Source of the DNA: a virus
Taxonomy: Duplodnaviria > Caudoviricetes
Virus record (IMG/VR): IMGVR_UViG_3300033489_000010
Coordinates: 1 to 57,418 of that record
Length of the DNA stretch: 57,418 nucleotides
Reading direction: 5' to 3' (one strand)
A program made the position numbers and the translations under genes. The stretch's first letter is position 1. Every line of letters begins with the position of its first letter. The notes beneath the pieces are model-generated. The model was not told the DNA's origin, made no database searches, and saw nothing but the letters and a program-made list of their open reading frames with translations. Shown in pieces: positions 37,673 through 46,734 of the stretch.

Positions 37673-39643
37673 CTTAAGTTTCGCTTGTTTGACGTTTGAT
37701 TTCATTAGTTTTGGATAAAATTATCCGATCTTTCGCTTCAGCCGATTTTACCCCGTTTATGAAGTATCAAACAAATACTGGTAAGTGTAGCATTTTTCCG
37801 GCACATCCAGAATTGATAAAATATCTTTTTGTGTTTCTGTCAGCTTTGACACAAAATATTGCTGGCTTCCATCAAGAAGCATTATCACGCCACATACGAC
37901 AAATTCAAACATTGCCAACATGTTTTCTGTTTTAGGGTTGCGGACATCTTTTTTATTGGGCATGAAATTATCCAACCCTTTATCCCGTTCGGCAATCTTT
38001 TTTCTGGCCGTTCTTTCTATAAGAACCAAAATTTGAAGCGCTGTTTTAAAAAGAAAAAGATAAGCTTCTATTCTATCGGGCGTTTGCAGATAGATCGGTT
38101 CAAGCTTGTGATCCGATTTTGACCGTTTATAAAGATGCTCCACCTTGTACTGGTTTTTATGGGCCAGCATCGCATCTTCTATTGAAAAATCACAAGCGGG
38201 TTTGTTGGTGACGAGAGGATAATAGCCGATTTGATACTGGGTCTTGGTACAGGCGATCTCGTCATAATTGAGTTTTATGGAAAAGTTATTTTGATGGACC
38301 GCAATTCTCTCTGCATTTTTGGCAGGTCGGCCGGGCTTTTCGTTTTTATATGTGACCTCTGGATCATTGTGGACAACGAAATCGAAAAATGCCTGTGTCT
38401 TATATTTTTTCAATATAGCCTGACAAGCTTGCTCAATGCTGTCCTTGGTCTTGAGCTTATATGCATTGATTTTTTTGGAGAGTTCATCAAATGCCGCTTG
38501 GGTTTTAGTGATTTGTTCCAGAAGAGATTTTTTTCGGCGGTGAAACAGTCCCTGATCAAAAAGGATGATCATTCTGAAAGTATAACTTTTGTTCTCGTGT
38601 TCAAAAATCAGAGGGACCTCAAATCCCCGGTTCATTTGATCTTTGTAAGGAATCAGGACTTCGTGGTCATGCTTATCCAGTGCAGTGAAAAGGGTTTCTT
38701 GATAGGAGGCATACATGGGCAGAGGGCTCAAAAAATATCCTTCGTGATCATTTATGTGCGCCATATTCCCATGGGTGGCCACCTTGGAATCGCCTGCAAA
38801 TAAAAAATCTTTCTTCCCCAGCAGGTCAATCAAATGGTGCCACTGTTCCACGTAAGTTTCCACATCAGCGGTGTTGCCACTATATGCCTGTTGAAATAAA
38901 GGGAAACAACTGTCAGAACTGGCGGTCATAGACCATACCAACTGCTTCAGATCTTTTCGGTATTGTTTGCTGTACCCGTAGGAAATCTTGATGCTCTGGT
39001 CTGATCTGTTTTTGTCACTTTCTCCATAAAATTGCGCACAGGTCGTATCGTTATGGCAGATTTCCGTCTGAATTTTAAACTCTTCGATTATATGCCGGGT
39101 AATCAGCAGCTCCAGATTGCCAATGCCGAATTTATAAATAGCATCCAGAGTATCGCCCAGCCGGTCGTCAAAATATTCATCCGGGCTTATGTCAGGAAAA
39201 ATGACATCAAGGACATTTGATTCTTTGGCAAACTTGCAAACCTTGTAAAGCGACATAATCTGAAAAAGAATGGCGGTGATCATGGCTATGCTTGCCTGCC
39301 CATGAGTGAGTATTTTACGTCTTGCATCAAGAGGGACGTTCTGATCAATAATATCAGCGATACAACATTTTTGGAAATAATGTTGCAAAATCGGGGCAAA
39401 ACCGATCGGCTTTGTCTCGACATTATTATTGACGTTATCCGCCATAATATTGATTCCCGTAAGTCATTGGAATCATATAATATATTAATAATGAAAAATC
39501 TAGTTTTGTTTTTAGCTGTTATAGCCATTTATATATGATTATCTGCAATTATATATAATAATATATCAATTTTTAAACATTTTCATCGATTATCTCTTAT
39601 TTGCTAATTATTTAACTTTTGTTTTGAACAAGCGAAACTTAAG
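37673..39643 (-). mobile_element. IS1634-family insertion sequence, 1971 bp
   Basis: Perfect 17-bp TIRs CTTAAGTTTCGCTTGTT (37673-89 and reverse complement 39627-43); 5-bp TSD TTGGT (37668-72 and 39644-48). Confidence 0.92.
37757..39445 (-). CDS. IS1634-family DDE transposase
   Basis: DDRLGDTLD, HNDTT, YGYSK..R.DLKQ, GNTAD, GDSK, KNQYKVEH..K..K...L.PIYL....RIEA. Confidence 0.9.
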   Translation of the reverse strand: MADNVNNNVETKPIGFAPILQHYFQKCCIADIIDQNVPLDARRKILTHGQASIAMITAILFQIMSLYKVCKFAKESNVLDVIFPDISPDEYFDDRLGDTLDAIYKFGIGNLELLITRHIIEEFKIQTEICHNDTTCAQFYGESDKNRSDQSIKISYGYSKQYRKDLKQLVWSMTASSDSCFPLFQQAYSGNTADVETYVEQWHHLIDLLGKKDFLFAGDSKVATHGNMAHINDHEGYFLSPLPMYASYQETLFTALDKHDHEVLIPYKDQMNRGFEVPLIFEHENKSYTFRMIILFDQGLFHRRKKSLLEQITKTQAAFDELSKKINAYKLKTKDSIEQACQAILKKYKTQAFFDFVVHNDPEVTYKNEKPGRPAKNAERIAVHQNNFSIKLNYDEIACTKTQYQIGYYPLVTNKPACDFSIEDAMLAHKNQYKVEHLYKRSKSDHKLEPIYLQTPDRIEAYLFLFKTALQILVLIERTARKKIAERDKGLDNFMPNKKDVRNPKTENMLAMFEFVVCGVIMLLDGSQQYFVSKLTETQKDILSILDVPEKCYTYQYLFDTS

Positions 39644-39794
39644 TTGGTTATTTGAGTTTATCCTCAATAAAACCCATTTTTCGGAGTCTCCGGCCAATAC
39701 AAAAATGAGACTCGGTTGCAAAAAACATCAATTTTACCACATGGCCCACTACCAACCTGATCCCGGAAATCAAAATTTGGTATGTTTTTGAGCG

Positions 39795-40406
39795 TCATTT
39801 TCCCAGACCACCAACATTTTCGACCATTTTTTGTCTCGGCTCAGGCAGCCCACGCCCATTGGCTACTGATATAGCACCGAATAAATCGGCCATAAACTGT
39901 TCCCTTGCGGCCTGATCGGCTTCGCCTTTTTGCTTGTTGTCTTTTTCAAACAGGCCGAGATGTTTGGCCAGGTTTTCAAGCGCCCGGTCTTTAGGCTGGA
40001 ATTTAACACTTTTGATATATGTCTTGACCTCGTCTTCTCCGGACGGGTTTTTTATAATCACATGCCCCATCTTGATACCGTGTATCGCTGCCGATATATT
40101 CTCGTCTATATCTTTGATGTCCTTAATTGATCCATCATCCTTAAAAAGATCGGGGACTCTGTAAAAAGCTATCCTTGCCATTTCTAAAAGCACTTTTTCG
40201 GTAGATATTTCGAGTTTTTCAGCAATTTTTGAGCGTTTTTTTTGTAAATACTCTTGTATTTCAAGTTTCGTAAGGTTTTCATAACCAATTTGAAAAGCTG
40301 TTTTTTCCGAATATCCTGCCCTTAATGCCGCCTGTGTTGCGTTCGAATCTATTAAATATTCATGGCAAAAATTAAGCTGTTTGGCAGTAAGCGTTTTGAT
40401 CGTCAA
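39795..40406 (-). CDS. terS: Terminase small subunit
   Basis: LT.KQ..FC.EYL.D.NATQAA.RAGYS.KTA..IG.ENL; K.RALE.L.KHLG.F. Confidence 0.92.
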   Translation of the reverse strand: MTIKTLTAKQLNFCHEYLIDSNATQAALRAGYSEKTAFQIGYENLTKLEIQEYLQKKRSKIAEKLEISTEKVLLEMARIAFYRVPDLFKDDGSIKDIKDIDENISAAIHGIKMGHVIIKNPSGEDEVKTYIKSVKFQPKDRALENLAKHLGLFEKDNKQKGEADQAAREQFMADLFGAISVANGRGLPEPRQKMVENVGGLGK

Positions 40407-40575
40407 ACTGTTTTTTCCTTTTTAAAAAATCATCATCCCGGTCAATAGTTTCTGTCGTCGAAAAAGAATACCCACATGCCGCACACTCGCGGACCCTCAT
40501 AATACTGCGATCATTAATCCACCCTCTCGTATTGTGTACAACCGATTTGGGGTGCTCACATATTGGGCATATCAT
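40372..40575 (-). CDS. NrdR/Ogr-like zinc-ribbon protein (possible late activator)
   Basis: M.CP.C....S.V..TR......R.REC..CG..FST.E; directly upstream of terS. Confidence 0.65.
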   Translation of the reverse strand: MICPICEHPKSVVHNTRGWINDRSIMRVRECAACGYSFSTTETIDRDDDFLKRKKQFDDQNAYCQTA

Positions 40576-40739
40576 GCTGATATTATTGCGAGGGTTGGAC
40601 TGAAAAGGGAAATGGTTTGTCCGTGATTTTGGCTATTTCACGGAAAATTATTTTCAACTTTTTTTCAACTTTTTTTGATTTATTTTCTAACTTATTGAAA
40701 TTGTTCAATATCTTTTTTTAATTATTTTGATCTTTTTGC

Positions 40740-40768
40740 TTGACACAATAATTATCATGCTGTATATT
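40740..40768 (+). promoter_or_regulatory. Sigma70-type promoter of the rightward moron
   Basis: TTGACA-17 nt-TATATT (overlapping TATAAT at 40768), preceded by a very AT-rich UP-like tract. Confidence 0.7.
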
Positions 40769-40817
40769 ATAATCAAACAACGGGGATTAACCCCATAACC
40801 CAAACAAGGAGATCGAA

Positions 40818-41120
40818 ATGAAAAGAATAAGCGTGTACACAGAGCAAAATGATGACGGAAATGTTTTTGAAGGATGGTTTGATCATGACGCAGCGACAGA
40901 ATTAGCGCATGACAAATATGATAGTGGAGCTTATAAAAATGGGAGAAGACTCTTGGCAACAGCCAAGAAAAAGCTCGTTATCAATCATTGGAACAACACC
41001 GGTTATGATGTTTACCGGTTTGCAACAGACGAAAACGAAATAGCCGAAATATTGGCAAAGGGCGGATATGACGGAGATGACAAGAAGCTCTCTGAAATAC
41101 TTGCAAAATATGAAATTTAA
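40818..41120 (+). CDS. Moron gene 1, hypothetical 100-aa protein
   Basis: AAGGAG RBS; opposite strand to the flanking operon. Confidence 0.75.
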   Translation: MKRISVYTEQNDDGNVFEGWFDHDAATELAHDKYDSGAYKNGRRLLATAKKKLVINHWNNTGYDVYRFATDENEIAEILAKGGYDGDDKKLSEILAKYEI

Positions 41121-41174
41121 CCTCACTGACGAGCCTATGAAACCCAGGCGAAACCGGGGAAACCCGGTCTGAGG
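41121..41174 (+). ncRNA. Type I hammerhead ribozyme, predicted cleavage after C41169
   Basis: Stem I CCUCA/UGAGG; core CUGACGA; stem II GCCU/AGGC; GAAA; stem III CCGGG-GAAA-CCCGG; GUC cleavage triplet. All core nucleotides are canonical. Confidence 0.93.
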
Positions 41175-41205
41175 ATCGAAACTAAAAATTAAAAAGGGGG
41201 ATAAA

Positions 41206-41511
41206 ATGAAAAAGCTATGTGATAGATGCGGAAGCGCATCGCCAGAAATGATTGGAATCGGAGGCGCTTTACTCTGCCGGACCTGTGATGATGACATCCG
41301 CCCGGAAATAGCCGCCCTTCGGGCAGACAACCGCCCGGTGAACGTGCTGCAAATTGCCCGCCGCCATTTTAAAGAAAATTTTGCAGGAGGAAATTACATC
41401 CTACGGGAAATTCCGGCTGGCCTGGAAACCGCATGGAAACAACGGGCATTAAAGGATAAGTGTAACCAGCGTGACATTGTGCTGGCTGCGCTTACTGATT
41501 ATTTAAAATAA
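41206..41511 (+). CDS. Moron gene 2: zinc-finger plus ribbon-helix-helix-like DNA-binding protein
   Basis: AGGGGG RBS; CDRC..CRTC; C-terminal YILREIP..L..AWKQRA......RDIVLAAL.DYL. Confidence 0.65.
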   Translation: MKKLCDRCGSASPEMIGIGGALLCRTCDDDIRPEIAALRADNRPVNVLQIARRHFKENFAGGNYILREIPAGLETAWKQRALKDKCNQRDIVLAALTDYLK

Positions 41512-41521
41512 GTCTTACCAC

Positions 41522-41547
41522 GCCCCGGCATCAAACCGGGGCTTTTT
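41522..41547 (+). terminator. Intrinsic terminator closing the moron
   Basis: GCCCCGG-catcaaa-CCGGGGC followed by TTTTT. Confidence 0.8.
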
Positions 41548-41566
41548 CCTTATCATAGGGTCAATA

Positions 41567-41788
41567 TTAACAGTGCATGAGCATTCCATCATTCACCTTT
41601 ATTTTAAAAAGATTCCCCCTCGGTATCACAACTTTGTAAAGACCAATATTAATCAAACAGTTTTTAGGCCGGTTTCCTGAGCCCACCACGGTGATTATTC
41701 CTTCAGCCAGGTGCAATCTTGTTTCACCCCTCAGGCCGGGCCGGTATCTGATTAACACTTTTTGACCGGTTTTCGGTTGGTAGATCAT
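41567..41788 (-). CDS. Hypothetical protein (SH3/KOW-like)
   Basis: AGGAGG RBS; small beta-rich ORF. Confidence 0.55.
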   Translation of the reverse strand: MIYQPKTGQKVLIRYRPGLRGETRLHLAEGIITVVGSGNRPKNCLINIGLYKVVIPRGNLFKIKVNDGMLMHC

Positions 41789-41844
41789 TCATCCTCCTTA
41801 AGTTTAAATTCTAACTCTATAAAATTTAAAAACAAATCAAATAT

Positions 41845-42669
41845 TTACTGTAAAATCGTTGAGGTAATGGCTGGTCTTGCGAATTGTCTTTGCCATTTTA
41901 TCCAGTCAAGCGATCGCTGGCCAGCTTTGTCCCGGTAAAGCATTGCCATCGGCAGAAACCCAGCGGCAAAGGATTCTTTCATACGCTTCAGTGCTTTATC
42001 AAAAGAATCCCCCTGATAACCGCACAAAACATAAGCCCTTAATGTGTGGCTGGATATTGTCCATCCAGCATCAAGAAGGAGCTTGCCAGCACATACCAAC
42101 GGCTCAAGATCATCCGGCGTATCATAGGCAAAAAACATCTGTTTGGGGCGCAGGTCTCTTAATTTTTCAATATGCCATGGTTTTAACCGGGCAGCTTCAA
42201 GGCCTCCGGTAAATTCAATCGGTTTGCTATATTTCTTTTTCCCTTCTTTCAGCATTTCAAAAACAGCATTGATGTGGCTGTCAGAACAAGCCAGGATATT
42301 GTCATCGAGTAAATTATATCCTTCCGTGATCGGTAGCTCTCTTATCTCAGATCCTTCACGCTTCCAGACGGTACAGAACCAACACCGGTTGGAACAACCC
42401 CTTGAAGTCAAAACATAGCCAGTCTTGACATACAGACCGGGCGTAAAACCAAAGCCTTTTTCACCAGTGGCGGGACCGCCTATTTTAACATTGGCCACAT
42501 GTCGCCATTCTTTTTCAAGCCTCTCTGCTTTTGCCATATCCCAGGAAAACAAAACTGAAATATGAACCTCATCGGCTTCATCAAAAAAACCCGGACCGGT
42601 ATTGATCCGGACAAGACCATCTGATGGTGTGGCCGCTGTTTTTGTGGGGAAAACCCTGATGATTTTCAA
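41845..42669 (-). CDS. Radical SAM-like protein
   Basis: TSRGCSNRCWFC (CxxxCxxC), LLDDNILA, GGLEA, FAYD, YVLCGY. Confidence 0.8.
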   Translation of the reverse strand: MKIIRVFPTKTAATPSDGLVRINTGPGFFDEADEVHISVLFSWDMAKAERLEKEWRHVANVKIGGPATGEKGFGFTPGLYVKTGYVLTSRGCSNRCWFCTVWKREGSEIRELPITEGYNLLDDNILACSDSHINAVFEMLKEGKKKYSKPIEFTGGLEAARLKPWHIEKLRDLRPKQMFFAYDTPDDLEPLVCAGKLLLDAGWTISSHTLRAYVLCGYQGDSFDKALKRMKESFAAGFLPMAMLYRDKAGQRSLDWIKWQRQFARPAITSTILQ

Positions 42670-42817
42670 TTATTTATTTTCCTCCAGGCAGAAGACATTT
42701 TTTATATGGCCGGTCTTTTGGGAAAAGCTTTTTATGTTGGTGTCTGTCGGCATGTCGCCCACGCAGTCTATACATTTGATTTGGATGTTGTTTACTATTT
42801 GCATTTATGCTGCCCCC

Positions 42818-43222
42818 TTAAATATCCCTCATGTCTGCCGGTTTAATCCCGATGGCTCTGTATGCAGGCATAGAATAGGTTTTGCCATTAAATTCAAACC
42901 AGCTTATTGATTCCTCAAGTCGGCCCTTCATGGGCGTGATACCGTCTTTTTTTACGGGTATACCCCAAAAATAAAAGGACAGCCGATCCCCAAAATAACC
43001 ATAGCTATCAATTATTTTCGGCTGTATTCGGGTTATTTGAACCTTATACACACTGTGCTTTGATGTGACGATATCCCCGATTTTTACAGGACTCATGGAG
43101 TCTATTAACCGATCAATCATAGCCTGAGACTCTTTTCCAATTCGGGCTTTGAACGCTTGAAACTCGTCAGATTTAAATTCAAATTGTTCCATTATTCTTT
43201 CTCCTTTTTTGATTTCAGCCAT
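42818..43222 (-). CDS. Hypothetical protein
   Basis: Co-oriented; AGGAG RBS before the internal Met (MEQF). Confidence 0.55.
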   Translation of the reverse strand: MAEIKKGERIMEQFEFKSDEFQAFKARIGKESQAMIDRLIDSMSPVKIGDIVTSKHSVYKVQITRIQPKIIDSYGYFGDRLSFYFWGIPVKKDGITPMKGRLEESISWFEFNGKTYSMPAYRAIGIKPADMRDI

Positions 43223-43228
43223 CCGCTT

Positions 43229-43492
43229 TCAATTATCACTTCTGGGCGCTTCTTGAATCCGGGTCCGATCAAAATGGTCAAACCCATAAACGTCCGGCTT
43301 CAAAACAGTTATCTGACTATGCCGATGATCTTTCATCCAGCCCTGAAGCATTTCGAAATATTCGTAGGTTTCAGGCCAGTCCGTTCCGTGGTCAACAAAG
43401 ATTGCTTCAAACTCATCTTTCTGATCCAAGAGCATCAACATCATTGCAACCGAATTCACACCACCCCCAAACGATAAATATTTTTTCATCAA
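43229..43492 (-). pseudogene. N-terminal fragment of a PAPS-reductase/PP-loop family protein
   Basis: YLSFGGGVNS.AM...IFVDHG.DWPETYEY matches the family start, but the ORF ends at 87 aa. Confidence 0.6.
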
Positions 43493-45219
43493 AAAAACCT
43501 TTCCCCGGATAAATTAAATTCAGGGCTCTCCCGCCGATCAAAAACCGGAGGGCAATTTGATTTAGGCACATACTGATCATCCCACTGGACCGGGTAAAGC
43601 TGCTGTATTCTGGTCCATAAATGCTCCAATTCTGGCAGGGTCAGTTGATCCCGTGGTTTCCCGTTTGAAATACTTCTGGCCTCTCTCATCACCTGGGGAT
43701 ATTCATAGCCCTGATCATAGGCATATTTTTTCAGGTGTTTGTCTATCTTCTTCCTTAATGACAGCTCCTGCTCTTTTGGCGTTTGTTTTACGGGTTCAAA
43801 GGGCAGGGAGGGGGCTTTGCCTATCACCAGTCTGGAAAGCTCAAGGATTTGAGATTTAAGCGGGATACATGGGCCTTTTGGGTCGGATCCACCGCTCATG
43901 TCTTCCTCGATCTCGTCAACCGGGAAAAGCGGGAGCTGTTCTTGCCTCTGTTTCGGATTCTTGGCCCTGGTTGATTGCTCTTTTTCGATCACGGAAACAA
44001 ACTCCATAAAGGCCTGGTCTTTGGGTGCAAATATGTGGGCGGCTTGAGAGTGGTAGGGGCCGGATAGTTTGCATACTCGGGTTGCCCTAGAAACGCATTG
44101 TTCCATCCATTCCGTTGATCTGATCCGGGTGAGGATACAGACGTGGGAGATAGGCGGGACATCAAGCCCCTCATAAGCTATCGCAATCGTGACCAAGGCA
44201 TCGAGCTTTCGTTTGAATAGGTCAATATTTTTCTGGCACTCGGCTTCATCGTGGCTGGTGGCCAACAGCGCTTTTATCCCAACGCCTCTCAGATAATCAA
44301 TACACCGCCGGGCATCATCTATCCCGGCACAGACAAAGAGTATTTTCGATGCTGGTTTCTCCTGCTTGTACTTGAGCCAATGCACAAGCGCTGCATCCAT
44401 CAACTGTTCGGCAAATTCGGTCTTGAGCGCGGTATATAACGCGCTGGACCGGTCTTCTTTTTTAACTTCTGTGAAACTATCGACGGATTTTACCCGGTTA
44501 TTGTCGAATTCTTCCCACTCGAAAGATCCATCATGCAGGTGAAAATCGATTGGAAGGATCGCTTGCTCGTTGATGGCCTCGGCCCTGGTGTACCGGATGA
44601 CGTGGGTATTCTTATCCCCGGACAGATCAACGTAGCCGTTCCGATATCTTACGCAAGCAATCTCTTTTTTATTCGCCCTGCTGAGGGTCCCGGACATCAT
44701 AATCACAAACGTGGCCGCCTCTATAATCTCATTTACGGCCTGATGCCATGCGGAATCTTTTTCCACATGATGAAATTCGTCAAGGATTACAATATACCGG
44801 CGTTCCTTGATTGCCTGAAGCACATATCGGTTCTTGTCCTGGCCCAATGCCTGGTATGTCGTGACAAATCCATTCATTCCCCGGCAGGGGAACATTTCAT
44901 TTGTTGATGCCCTGACCTGCAAGTTTACCCCGAAAAGCTTCTTGGAAAACGGGTCCATGAAGACTTCTTCGCACTGTTTTTGCAGCGATTGCCGGGGGAC
45001 TATGCAGCATATGGTGTCTGCCAGCCCGGCCAGGATCAGCTTACCGGCATTAACCGGGACAGATCCCTTGCCCCCACCCGGCACAACAGGGAGGATAATC
45101 CGGGTAATGTCTTTATACTTCGGGTGGCGGTTGATGATGCCGTCCATGGCCATATTAAATTCGTGTTGGTGTTTACGGAGTTTCATTTTATTTCCTATGA
45201 TTCCAAAGCCCCCGGACAT
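43489..45219 (-). CDS. SF2 (DEAD/DEAH-like) helicase
   Basis: LRKHQ Q-motif, PGGGKG, ILDEFHH, MSGT, EGLDVP, EQCVSRATR. Confidence 0.85.
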   Translation of the reverse strand: MSGGFGIIGNKMKLRKHQHEFNMAMDGIINRHPKYKDITRIILPVVPGGGKGSVPVNAGKLILAGLADTICCIVPRQSLQKQCEEVFMDPFSKKLFGVNLQVRASTNEMFPCRGMNGFVTTYQALGQDKNRYVLQAIKERRYIVILDEFHHVEKDSAWHQAVNEIIEAATFVIMMSGTLSRANKKEIACVRYRNGYVDLSGDKNTHVIRYTRAEAINEQAILPIDFHLHDGSFEWEEFDNNRVKSVDSFTEVKKEDRSSALYTALKTEFAEQLMDAALVHWLKYKQEKPASKILFVCAGIDDARRCIDYLRGVGIKALLATSHDEAECQKNIDLFKRKLDALVTIAIAYEGLDVPPISHVCILTRIRSTEWMEQCVSRATRVCKLSGPYHSQAAHIFAPKDQAFMEFVSVIEKEQSTRAKNPKQRQEQLPLFPVDEIEEDMSGGSDPKGPCIPLKSQILELSRLVIGKAPSLPFEPVKQTPKEQELSLRKKIDKHLKKYAYDQGYEYPQVMREARSISNGKPRDQLTLPELEHLWTRIQQLYPVQWDDQYVPKSNCPPVFDRRESPEFNLSGERFF

Positions 45220-45403
45220 GGTTACCGGTAAACCAAAGGCTGACCAGGAACATTCCCCACTGTCCGGCGGAATATGTGGTATAAATCCAAAACGGTTGGC
45301 CGATCAGCCCGAATATGAACCCGAGCCGTTTATATTTTGTCCCGGCGAAGGCCCATATTGAGGCACCGGAACAGATCATTATTATTATTTGGCAGAGCAT
45401 TCG
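45188..45403 (-). CDS. Small membrane protein (likely start MLCQ)
   Basis: GFIFGLIGQPFWIYTTY.AGQWGMF.VSLWF hydrophobic pattern. Confidence 0.55.
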   Translation of the reverse strand, partial: RMLCQIIIMICSGASIWAFAGTKYKRLGFIFGLIGQPFWIYTTYSAGQWGMFLVSLWFTGNHVRGLWNHRK

Positions 45404-45476
45404 ATTTCCTTTATTGCTTTCATTATGGGGCAAACAACTTGTGGGACAATTGCATTCCCTGCCGATTTTAAAGCAT

Positions 45477-45920
45477 TCACTCTCCATCCCTTAGGTCGCA
45501 CCAGTCTTCCGGGTAACCCATCATCCAAAGAGCAAAGGCGGGTTGCAGCTTCAATCCAACTTTCCCTTGACCATCCTGAATAATTTCCGAAACCTTTTCT
45601 TTCCCTGATCCCCGCCTGCGGTTGATGTACTCCTGTGAACATCCGGCCGCTGTCTTGGCATCTGATGCTTGAATAGTCGGCAGCATCCCCAAAACAGTGG
45701 TCAGCTTCCGGCCTGTTTTCCCCTCCGGCTCCTGGCCTCCCGTTGATGAGGTGGGGGTGGGCAGCATGGCTATTTTGCTGTTCAAATCCACAGTCCAGCC
45801 TTTTTCCATCTTCCTTTTTATGTTTCCGCTTTCCGGCAAGTCCGGGCTTCTGTAATCCCGGCTTTGTAAGGTTGGCAACAATCCATACCCTGTCCCGTCT
45901 ATGTGGGGCGCCGACGGCAC
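45477..45920 (-). CDS. Overlapping-frame beta polypeptide of the MTase (TRD-like LPT repeats plus motif IX)
   Basis: LLPTLQSRD, MLPTPTSS, MLPTIQASD; KLQPAFALWMMGYPEDW is motif IX-like and absent from the alpha frame. Confidence 0.65.
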   Translation of the reverse strand: MPSAPHIDGTGYGLLPTLQSRDYRSPDLPESGNIKRKMEKGWTVDLNSKIAMLPTPTSSTGGQEPEGKTGRKLTTVLGMLPTIQASDAKTAAGCSQEYINRRRGSGKEKVSEIIQDGQGKVGLKLQPAFALWMMGYPEDWCDLRDGE

Positions 45921-46143
45921 AAGCTGGAATAATAAACGGTTGAACCTGATACCCTTGGCCTTCCAAATCAGTGAACACTCTTTCGAGTACCAGTCCTTTT
46001 CCGATGCTTATAATGCCCGGCACATTTTCCGCAATGATCCATCGGGGATGCACTTCTGATATAACTCGTAACATCTCCGGCCAGAGGAAGCTATCATCTT
46101 CTGTTCCTGCTCTTTTACCTGCTGTTGAGAAGGGCTGGCATGA

Positions 46144-46701
46144 TTATGGGAACCCGCCGGTGAGAAGAGCAACATTTGTTGCCCCTTCGATCCCACCGGA
46201 GAGTTCCGGATTTCCTTTTCTTTTTGATACTTTTGTTTTTCCTCCAAGGCTGCAAATCTCCTCTCTTCTCATTTTTGGCAACTCAATTTCAAGGGTTTTT
46301 GCTGTGTTGTGTTCATGCCATTCATGGTGGCAACTCTTACACAACCACGTAACATCAAGCGGTTTATTATAATCAGAATGGTGAGCTTGAACGCCAGAGC
46401 GGCCATCTTTGTAAACAGGAGATCCATTACATTTTTCGCAGATAAGGCTTTTTTTAATAATCCCGCTCCGGATTGCAGATTCCGTAATGTCGTGAACCCT
46501 ATCCGATGAAGTTTTCCCGCCTCTATAAAAATGATTTTCTGCACCCATTTTTTTTTGATCTCGGAAAAGGCACCCTCTTCTTTTTAAGACCATCCACATG
46601 GCTTGGCGTGTTACGCTGTAAAAATTAGCAACATCCTGAATAGACAAGCCAACTTCATACATTTTAATAGCTTCGTCATAATCTTTTAATTTTGCAGCCA
46701 T
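46144..46701 (-). CDS. HTH plus HNH (homing-endonuclease-like) protein nested in frame within the MTase
   Basis: Own SD AAGGAGG (46710-16) and ATG 46701; GLSIQDVA..YSVTRQA HTH; GAENHFYRGG; CEKC...AHHSDYNKPLDVTWLCKSCH..WH. Confidence 0.8.
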   Translation of the reverse strand: MAAKLKDYDEAIKMYEVGLSIQDVANFYSVTRQAMWMVLKRRGCLFRDQKKMGAENHFYRGGKTSSDRVHDITESAIRSGIIKKSLICEKCNGSPVYKDGRSGVQAHHSDYNKPLDVTWLCKSCHHEWHEHNTAKTLEIELPKMRREEICSLGGKTKVSKRKGNPELSGGIEGATNVALLTGGFP

Positions 46702-46734
46702 ATCAATTTCCTCCTTTTGAGTTTGAGTTAATTG

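Noticed and set aside
9400-37700. Numerous 60-160 aa plus-strand ORFs in the ORF track
   Set aside because: Antisense shadows of the long minus-strand structural genes, with no RBS or motifs
39664-39798. 44-codon ORF between terS and the IS (MTLKNIPNF...)
   Set aside because: It has an ATGA overlap with terS but is short and featureless; support is insufficient to call it
46144-46146. Selenocysteine at the MTase active site
   Set aside because: The stop is TAA rather than TGA, and the catalytic Cys codon TGC is present two codons later
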